Shown here: one piece after another, positions 54,839-64,000 of the stretch
How positions within the stretch are numbered: position 1 is the first letter of the stretch
Layout of the letters: each line of letters begins with the position of its first letter
Assembly: GCA_037447605.1 (NCBI GenBank)
Contig: CM074809.1
Location: 2,470,689-2,534,688, forward strand
From: Zygnema circumcarinatum SAG 698-1b
Lineage: Eukaryota; Plantae; Zygnematophyceae
DNA: 64,000 bases
Direction: 5' to 3'
Notes under the pieces: generated by a model
Seen by the model: the letters and a program-made list of their open reading frames with translations, nothing else
Database searches by the model: none
What the model was told of the DNA's origin: nothing
Program-made: the position numbers and the translations under genes

Positions 54839-56926
54839 TCAATGCCTGCGGCCTGAAGCGAGTATAGCTGCAAGGCCTCCTGCGACAATAGCTGCAGCTC
54901 CAGCAGCGATGCCAATGCCGATTACACCGTCTGCACACATGAAGGACCAGCTGGTTTGGTAAATTGCAGGAAGAAGGGCAGACTGGAGGACAAAATAGGT
55001 CCTGACAATCCACCTTCAGCACATTCCATAACTTTCCTTAGCTGCCGGAATTCTCTCAAGAGTACACAGCATGCTTTCTGCATGATGAAACTCCTGACGC
55101 GCTACTTCCATTTCAAACATTTCAAGTAAAGCGTCCACTGCATAACTTTTCCCAACCAGAATCAATGTTCTTTCAAGAACAGAAACAAGCTCCTGCTTGT
55201 GCTAGAAGTTATCACGGATGCGGAGCATGACAATAGTACCCTTGCGTTTCTACAGCTCGAGGATAGAATTGCTGGAACAGCACATACCTGCTTTGATTTT
55301 CTCCTCGATCATTTTCTTCAACATGGCAGCTTGTCGAAAATCTGGGGCTATCTGCACTTGTAACACAACATATTCTAGTTCAGAAAAACAGTGTAAAAGA
55401 TAGAGTCCTGTAAATTTCACCTAAAACCTTGATGGTTGTCCAACATGAGGTATGTCACGACTATTGGTTCATTCCGGGAGAATCAAAGCCCACAACAGCA
55501 AGACGTAAATGTAATGAAAGGAGCCGCATCCTCACCTCCAAGGCCTCATCGACGAGCTTTCGGCTACGTGAATATTCACTGGTCCGAAAGTAGCCGACAG
55601 CCATCAAATATAAAATCTCGCGCTGCTCTGCTGAACTGTTCTTAATGGCCAACTGTGCTGTAAACAATGACAGGGCCCACGTAAGCCCAGCCATACTTTG
55701 CAGAGCACAAAATATAACGAGGCAAAAGCGCAAAGCAGGCAAAGAAAACTGTGAGGTGAGAAAAGAAAAGAAGTAGGTACTGTATTCAAAAAAATAATAG
55801 AGAAACAGTCTACGGTAGCTTACAGAAGTAGCGGAATGGAAGAAAGCAAGACCATAGAATTCAATCATAACAAAATGCAGCCACAAGATTGAGTCCGCTG
55901 AAAAGGCAGGCGTCACATCCAACTTGACCCTTACGATGGATTCAATTTAAAAAAAAAAACAAATCTGTCAATCAGAAATGAAAAAAATGATAAAACGATT
56001 GGAAAGGAAACATGGAGCCCAGCAACAGTGTACGCCCAGCCTCACAAAGTTCCACAACCAAAAAATAACGTTGATAGTAAGACGCTAGCAAGAGATCCGC
56101 TCCTATTATCAACAAACATCTCATGGGAGAAGCCCCGAAAGGAACACTGTTCGCAACCTAAGCAGATGACAACATCCTGTGTATACTACTTTCCGCCTTG
56201 TGAATACAAAGGAGCAGTTCCGGCCACTTTTCAATTCAAGCCAAAACAAGTTAGTTGGTTTAGTCTAAGTTTTGTGCTGGTAGACTTGTGAGAAAACTTC
56301 TGAAACAGTGATATACTAAGGTTGGACGCTCGACTCTGAAACATCACTTCATTCAACAAGCGCAACAAGTAGACAGATGACCAAAACGACTGGGAAGAAG
56401 TTGCCATGGAAGTGAATGAGAACCTCGTGTCATGGCAATTCGTCATACTGGCGATTCAGTAGCAACGGCCCACTGCTCAAGCACTCACTCTCAAGCATGG
56501 CGATTCCACGCTGAATGTCTGGAGTCTGATGTGAGTGCACGAGGGCCCAGGCCAGGCGCATCACGTTTTCTTTCTGATTAGTGAGGCCAGGCTCCCTTCC
56601 CGACGCTTCACGTTCACATTTCTGCATCATCAACACCTTCACTCCTGAGACAACGGAGAAGTTCACGCAGACAAGCAGAACAGCCTTGCCTACCCAGCAA
56701 CGAAAGGATTCCGAGTTACAAGCGTACAAAATCACTCCTGTGACTGCTGATAAGGTATCCAGCAAAATGGATGCGGGAGCCTATGTGCTAAATCATTATA
56801 ATCACTATCGAGGCGGACGTCCAAGAGCTGGGAAATGTCAGCGACCTCAATCGTTTCAGCGTCTGTCCAAGGCAACGTGTCTCCGGCGACGAATAGAGAC
56901 GAGATGTTCTCAAAGAAGGAGGCCAT
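54839..56926 (-). CDS. FIS1: Mitochondrial/peroxisomal fission protein FIS1
   Basis: MASFFENISSLFVAGDTLPW, MRLAWALVHS..DIQRGIAMLE, REILYLMAVGYFRTSEYSRSR, IAPDFRQA, C-terminal TM GVIGIGIAAGAAAIVAGGLAAIL. Confidence 0.95.
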
Positions 56927-57343
56927 TGCGTCGCCGACCACTTGACAAGGTCGTTCCACTGATGAAGCTAAATTCTAGCTCCTCACACAAGCTCTCTCCC
57001 TTTGCAAGCTGGCTTTGCCGCCAAAGCACGCAGATGAGGAGCCAACGGAGATGCAGCAAGAAAGTCGGAAAAGAATATGCGGATGCTCTCGTTCTCGCGA
57101 TGCGGGAGGGAGGGAGGAAGGGAGGGAGGGAGCCACAAGCTCTTCCAAGGGGAGGGGAGGAAAGGGAAGCGAGCAGGCGGGCGGAAAGACGTGTGGACGA
57201 AGACAACGCCTTTCCTCTCCTCTCCCGTCCAAATATTTTTTTACGAAGAATATTCTCAAGCGGCTAAAGTATTTGCACCACGGGTCCGTACGGCGTACGG
57301 CTCGCGTTGGCACCGTACGGCCATTATTTTTTAGTTTTTTTTT

Positions 57344-58292
57344 GGGTAGTGATATTTCCACCCCTTTTTTGGATCCAAACACCCCTTCCCGGCCGGGCAG
57401 ATTTCCAAAGGCATTAAAAACGGAGAATGCTTTTTTCACACCTTTTTGGAATCGATACCCACCTTCTTCCGTCGGCTGATTTTATTTTTGCTAACCAAGG
57501 GAAATGATACCCCGTCACTGCATTTTGAATACTGTATCCCGCCTCCCTGAAATTTTTTTTTTGAGGGAAAGAAATATCTGCCAGCCCGAATCCGCTCGAA
57601 GTGGAAGATCCGTCCGCCACGAGATCGTTCGCGGGTGTCCGTCCTTCACACGTGTGTGTCAATCGCAGCTGTCGATTCCCTCGCAGATCGCACCACTGCA
57701 GATCACCGTTCGATCTGCAGCCGGGCTCGATCTTAGCGAATGGAAAGCGCCCACGAGTCCCGTTAAAGCCGGATCGCCCGTGCGAGTGCGCGCGTCCCTC
57801 GGCCCGAGATCTCGTCATTGTTAGCTCTCAGCCAATAAACAGCTGCCACGTGTTACAGTTTTGACGTGGAAAATTTTGATTGGTCCAAGCTCTCAATGTA
57901 CGAAATTTTGGGTTCCTCAAAGTTGCGACCGTACAACATTTGTACGGACAACTTTTGAGGCGACTTTGGCGGGATACGTGGGCTCGTGCCATTCGCTGTG
58001 ACCGAGCCCGGCTGCAGATCAAATAGTGATCTGTCGTGTTGCGATCTGCGAGGGAATCGACGGCTGCGATTGACCGCACGCGTGAAAAGAAATTCAGGTA
58101 GGCGGGATATTCTAAATGGGGTGACGGGTTATCATTTTTCTTGTTTCGCAAAAATAAAATCTGCCGATGGAGGGTGGGTATCGATTCCAAAAAGGTGTGA
58201 AAAAAGCATTTTCCGTTTTTAATCCTTTTTGAAATCTGCCCGGCCGGGAAGGGGTGTTTGGATCCAAAAAAGGGGTGGAAATATCACTACCC
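57344..58292. mobile_element. Non-autonomous Mutator-like (MULE) foldback element with long TIRs
   Basis: Begins GGGTAGTGATATTTCCACCCCTTTTTTGGATCCAAACACCCCTTCCCGGCCGGGCAGATTTC and ends with the exact reverse complement. Inverted similarity continues for ~330-420 bp (left arm has an extra ~85 bp). Flanked by T-runs (9 T left, 13 T right), compatible with a 9-bp TSD. No transposase ORF. Confidence 0.88.
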
Positions 58293-58570
58293 TTTTTTTT
58301 TTTTTGTAAACACAGGAATTGTTCACTTACGAAACAAGACCCCACCGCTTACAGTGGTACTGTATTGCGTATTGCCAAGCGGCCGACTGCTCCTTCAGAA
58401 TTGTAAATAGTTCAGGCGCAAATTGTGTTGCTCTGCCCGTTTCGAACGAGTGCCCTGTGCCCGTTCGCGGGCGAGGCGCTGCTTGCAGGCCATGGCCGGC
58501 AAGGCGAAGTGCCCGCGCCAGTAGCAGCAGGCAGAGGCGAGCTGCGGAGAGGCAGGGCTGGAGGGGGGCC

Positions 58571-59522
58571 ATGGACGCCGCAGAGGAGACGCCGGAGCAG
58601 GCCGCGCTCATCTCTGACGTGGAGCGTCTCAAGATTGTGTGGCGGAACGAGAAGGCCGCGCCCGAGATTTTGGCGCATCAAGGGGACCTCGTCGCTCGCC
58701 TCGCTGAGCAGATTCAGCTGCTGGTAAGGGCTCAGGGAGGGTGCAGGTTGCGGGAGGGGCCCAGCAGGGGCAATTGATTGCAATAGTCCTTGTCCTACCG
58801 GGTTCTTCAGAAATGCAAAGGCGTGCTGAAATGCGATTGCTTTTGAAAAGAGGATCGATGAGGTGGGGTTGAGTTAAATGCCTGAGGATTAAACGTGTTT
58901 TTAGGGCTGAGTCTCTCTCTGGCTAGCTTCTGTGCTTGTGCTTCCGGCGGCATCTGCGGTTTTGGATATTAGGCGGACAATGGGACGACTTGAAGGTTCC
59001 TCTATTGTTCAAATCCCTGTTTGGATTATGAGTCGTTATAAAAAGGTTCCGCTTTATTTTTTGTTTTTTGTTTCAGTCCTCCGCACCAGAATGCCTTGAA
59101 GGCCACATGCCCCTTAATAATTTGGTGGCTCCCTCCAGATGGAAAACACTTCTCACCTCGACTTAGAATGTGTTGCCACTTAGCCACTGCAGTCTATGAT
59201 GGAAATTGCGACAAGACCTTACTGTTAGAGTACATTCAACTTTTCGAAGTAAAGTCGACCCCATTCTTTTCTTTTTTAGAAGCAGGAAATCTCAGAATTG
59301 CAAATTTTACGTGATAGTTCTTGAATAAAAACGACCATAAACGAGCATTTTAGCACCCTGACTCAGTTTGAACATATTGGACTTCCCAAGCATGTAACGA
59401 TTGTAAATTGAGATTCGCGGCGTCAGAGACAGAGCAAAGAACAATCGGATGATTGAATCAAACAACTTGAAAAGTGGGAGCTCTTCCTGGATTTTTCATT
59501 TCTAGAGGTGACAGAAATTCAG

Positions 59523-59572
<50 letters not shown>

Positions 59573-61379
59573 AAAGTCCAGTCTGTTCGCTGGATATCAG
59601 CCATAACTCATTGCTTATAGGCAGCCTTTGTACGTACCGGTGTTAGAGTGGTTCAGGAGCTGTATGTCAATTTCTTTTTGACGTTGCTCGTTTATGTGTG
59701 TACCTTGTAGGAAGAAACCATCGCCGATTTCGCATCCGACTCGAGCCAATCACTGCAAGTCCAGCTTTACACCATGGATGTAAATCGAGCGAGCTTTCTC
59801 GTGCGGGCCTATTTGAAAGTACGACTCAGCAAGGTCTGTGGAAGAACCGAGTATGAATTCCTGACTGATGACTTTTGCTCTGAAATGGAAGGTTGATTGA
59901 TCTGTGTCATTTCGTAGTATGTGGTTGATGTTCTGTTCAAAACAGACATGCATGTTATGCTCATGGGAAAGACTTACAGTGTAGTAACATGTCTGAAAAT
60001 ACGAGATATAGATACCAAATTAAAGATTTTTAACCCACATGTAAGAACTTTGTTTATGCTGATTGCTACAGCAATGAAGGGAAGAATGACCAAATACATT
60101 GCTGACGATCGTCAGTTGCCTTAGCTTCCCTGTGGATATCGGAGTCATTTCTGAATGTGGTTTCAAAATCAGCCTGATACTGTTATTTGACAAGGGAGCT
60201 TAGCCCTTGAAGCGTGCTGCATTGTACTTTGTACAAGTTAAAGTTGACTTGGGCCATAAGAATCTTGTTTTGGGTGATAGCATGGGGCCATAGATTGAGG
60301 AGTATGCGCTTCAGATTTGCAATACTCCGGAGATATTTAGCCGATTATCACAAGAGGAACAAGAGTATGCTCGTAGGTGAGCCTTGAAATCCGAATGCTC
60401 TTGTCAAGTACTCGGGGGGTTGAGAACACCTGGGGCTCACATTCCTAATGTAACGCAAAAAAAGAAATGGTTTCCTTTTTTATACTTCCCTGTGTATGAT
60501 ATCTTGTAACATACGTTTGGAGCCACATAGCGCTATTCAATCTTTGTCTGCTAGTGTTTTGATGAAGTTCACAACTATGCTGTGGTGAATTGCGGCTTGT
60601 GCATTTCGCAGGACGGTGGACACATTGGGAAAGCATTATGGGGAATCGTTTCTGGACAAGTTACCGCCAGACTACAGGTCCATGTTGCAGCAAGGTGGAT
60701 TTGATCAGCAGGAGGGTGCTTCTGACATGAGTATCCACCCTTAGACGAGGCAGAAGTTGTGAGGCTGCAATTTAGAGCTTTCCCATGTTGCTGCTGAAGA
60801 TACTGCAATACAACCACCTGAAGTGATGTTCGTGAAGTGTGCACTCCATACAGCAGTTCTGTTATGGTTTCAGCGTAGTCTTTCGCTCGTGAGCCTCCTG
60901 CAACTCTGGTGGCTTTCCTCATCCTAACTTGAAGTTATGCAGTGGATGATGCCTTCCTTGACATTTATGCTTTAGTTCCAGAGGCCCCCTTAGACTCCTT
61001 TGTCTTCTGCCGCACGAAGGCCCCTATTGAGGATCTGCAGCTGGATGATACGTAAGCTTATTTTTTTCTCTTTATCCTTCCCTTTTTTTCCCCTCTGCTT
61101 CCTTATATGTACTTTCAATATTTCTTTCTTACGCAGAATAAACATCGTTTGGATAGTAGCATCTTGCTTCCTTAATAGCCTCTGCTGTATCTCAATTTTT
61201 TTTTCAACTGTTTGAGCTGTAGAGGGAGCAAAGATGATCCAAGTGAACTGGAGAAGAGGGACTCTTGTTGGCTGTGCAGGGGAGACGAGACGGTGAGCTG
61301 GGAGCCGGAGGAGCTCTACATTTTGCGCTACCGCCCAGTCAGGCAGCTGCTGGAAGACAACGTTATTGAACTCATCTGA
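58571..61379 (+). CDS. SLD5: GINS complex subunit SLD5
   Basis: WRNEKAAPEIL, LYTMDVNRASFLVRAYLKVRLSK|IEEYA, RLSQEEQEYARR, LDKLPPDY, DM|IPEAPLDSFVFCR, LYILRYRPVRQLLEDNVIELI*. Confidence 0.93.
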
Positions 61380-62136
61380 TGCCATTGCGGCTTTTTGCTG
61401 CAGCCTTTTGAAAAACTTGTGCAAAGAAAAATGGAAAAAATGTGAAAGTCTGCACTTTACAAGTGCGTTTTGATTACAGTCTAGAAGGAAGAGAAGGCCC
61501 GACTTATATCAACACGTCCTCTGACATTTTGTCTTCTGTGCTTCTGTAATTTTTTGTTTTAGAGGTTACTGTTCCAGAGCTTAACACCGGGTACTGCACC
61601 GTGGAAGTTTTCACTCCACGACGCCTTGTGTTTTGGAATGTGACTCAATAATTGTGCCACGTACTTTGAACTTTCTGTTTCATTTTTGTTCCATATAGTT
61701 CCGTGTGATCTAATCTGTATTGCATCACATTCTTAGAACTTCCTGATCGGAATGCCACAAAAATCACAAGGCACCGCAGCTCTGCGTGGTGGATTTAGTC
61801 CTTCCGAAAAAAAAAACAAGAACATCATAATGCAGGAAAATGATTGACCCCGTGCCCTCTCACTTCCTCTTTTGCCCCTCCCCTCGACCTCTCTCCTCCT
61901 GTCCCTATCTCCTCCTCTCCCCCCATCCGTCGCCCTCCATTCCAGGGCACCGCTCTTACTCGTCAGTGAATGCCGCTCAATCAAGCCAAGGACCGCACTC
62001 ATTCATTGAGAAAGGCAAAAAAGGCACCCTTTTTGTAGGTGATTGCACAGGATACAGTAAAACGCTCGCTGAGGCTTTTGCAGTTTGTGGCACAGAGCCG
62101 GCAAGCTTAGCCTCTGATTAGGGCTTGCCTGACAGG

Positions 62137-64000
62137 TTAAGACCATCTGAAGTGCTTCAAGGATGATACGTTCTTGCCACAAACTCGGCAGCTCGTAATG
62201 GAATATTTTTTTTGACAGTCTTCGCACGGACCGTAATGGGCTGCAATTGCGCAACGACAAGCCAATGGAAGCACGCTAGTCAGGCCAAAGACTCCGCAGT
62301 CATCAAGACACAAAAAAAATGAATAACGTCTGGAAGAAACAATCCATGGTGGGCCCAGACATTGTTTTGTGTGTAAAAATTGAGGGCAACCGTAGCTTTT
62401 GCACTAAGGTCAAAATGAAGCCTTCAAGATTGTCTGCACTAGTTCTATTGTAAGATGTAGCGAGTGAAATCAAGGGCACACCACTTTACCAAGCATGAAG
62501 AATGAAGAAGCCATAGGAAGAGGGCAGCGCAGCCTTACCACAGTCCAAGACAATGTACTCCGCTTGTCTGGTCTGACAGAAGGTGCAAGCGTGCCGCAGA
62601 CGTTCGGATGGAGGCACCACGCTCGGAGCGACTACGGAATCATAGGCCGGCGGCGCCTTCCCTCTCTCCCCTCCCGCTTCAGCTTGAAAACGATGGGCAG
62701 CCGAAAAAGGATGTGCCTCCATGGCTCGTTCCGCAGTGGACATGGAGGCAGCGCCATGGCCAAGAGGACCATCTGTTCTCATCCCTATAGAGGGCCTCAC
62801 GGATTCCATCGCAGCTACTCTTGAGTTCACTGCAGTAACAAGTTCTCCCGTGGACTTTGCCCCTACCTTTGTTCGGTTCTCTGAGGCTCTCTCAATGGCC
62901 TCCTTTGGGGTATAATAGTGGTTATGGCCATGGGCGGGCAACTCCTGGGAAGCATCTCCTCTGGTCAACGGCAGGCTTGGCCAAGCAGATAGCTCGTTTG
63001 GTGACCTCGAACTAGGGGGCATCCCCTGGAGAGGCGGGCACTGCGAAGCAGCCATGTTTCTCTGTGCCATCTCCCATGGTTGGAGGACTGTATTATTGCG
63101 TACAGGGTTGATCTGCATAAATGGAACAGTAAGGTCAGTTCTCTGTGACAGAAACATTCCCACTGATGAAGTTCAGAATGAATCATGACAAACTTGTGTT
63201 CATGTTACAAACTGAATGTCAATTCTGGAACAATTCACACTGTTCTAATGAACAGTGTGAATATCCAGTAAGCGGCCTTCAGTCATACAACAGACTCAAG
63301 AAGGGCTCCTTCGTTCACCCGTAACTGCACAAGGTCAGTGCTTTTGCAAAATCTACAAATGCCACCTTACATATTACGATCACATAAAAAATACACAACG
63401 CAGTGGCCATCAAAACATTTTAAACATGCGTTTCTTTTGATGAGTTGGAGAAGCTCGCCTGGCACCCATACCATGTCCCTTCGTCGATTTTCTCCGTATT
63501 TACGTTTCCTTTTTTCCCTTTTAAGCTATTTTCTGATGAGCCAAAATTCAACGCAAGATTCACCTCTTGCGCTTCTAATCAAACGTCAGCCTATCGTTCA
63601 TTTACGCAAACGATATCTGAACATTCTTTTCAATCGACCAGTGAAACCTTCCCAGGAAAATCAGTGCCAAGAATCTTGATGATCGATTGCTTGGTGTTTC
63701 TGCAGGTGAGTTTGTTTTTCCTTTTTCTTTTTTACAGAGACCATTTGCGCCAAACTTTGAAAACGAGCATGGAATGCTATGCAAGCAAGGTGTACTGTTC
63801 CCGGTCAGAGTCTCACTGCATAAGGGACAGCACCTCAACCCCTGAACCCCCCCACGTTAGCAGCCACATCACCCACCTCCATCTCGTCCGCTACTCGCTG
63901 CAGAAAAGTCGTCCCTACCGTCCCATCGCGCGCAAGAGACCAACACTCGGAATCGCCGGGCACACTCATTCTGCACACAGCGCACCAAATGCACTCATTC
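62137..64000 (-). CDS. 3' part of a gene encoding a C-terminal RING-HC (C3HC4) finger, probable E3 ligase; 5' end outside the window
   Basis: Spliced CTFCQTRQAEYIVLDC|AHYGPCEDCQKKYSITSCRVCGK (C-x2-C-x11-C-x-H-x3-C-x2-C-x8-C-x2-C), preceded by a low-complexity linker exon (~63112-62539) and small upstream exons. Confidence 0.75.

Overview
This is eukaryotic, intron-rich, gene-dense nuclear DNA from the green-plant (streptophyte) lineage. Compact introns and the retained TTP-type and DHX30-like genes suggest a streptophyte alga or non-seed plant (inference). I reconstructed 12 multi-exon genes by hand from GT-AG junctions and remembered family motifs. In order they are: TTP/ZFP36-type tandem CCCH (+), ORP4-type oxysterol-binding protein (-), DUF266/core-2 branching glycosyltransferase (+), HPD-less J-domain/thioredoxin protein (-), RMF/ZYGO1-type F-box (-), mitochondrial phosphate carrier (-), DExH helicase with two N-terminal dsRBDs (+), cyclin A (+), plastid SufC (+), FIS1 (-), SLD5 (+) and the 3' part of a RING-HC gene (-). 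The most striking unexplained feature is a head-to-head pair of small intronless His/Pro-rich ORFs (28266-28463 minus, 30745-30960 plus). They have related termini and core promoters and flank a very dense GTAC cluster and ABRE/G-box motifs, which makes them a candidate metal/stress-responsive His-rich peptide module. Also present are a Mutator-like foldback element between FIS1 and SLD5, a dispersed ~118-bp TIR-type repeat family in promoters, and a probable U12 intron in SLD5. No database searches were run. Exon boundaries are manual and some start codons are uncertain.
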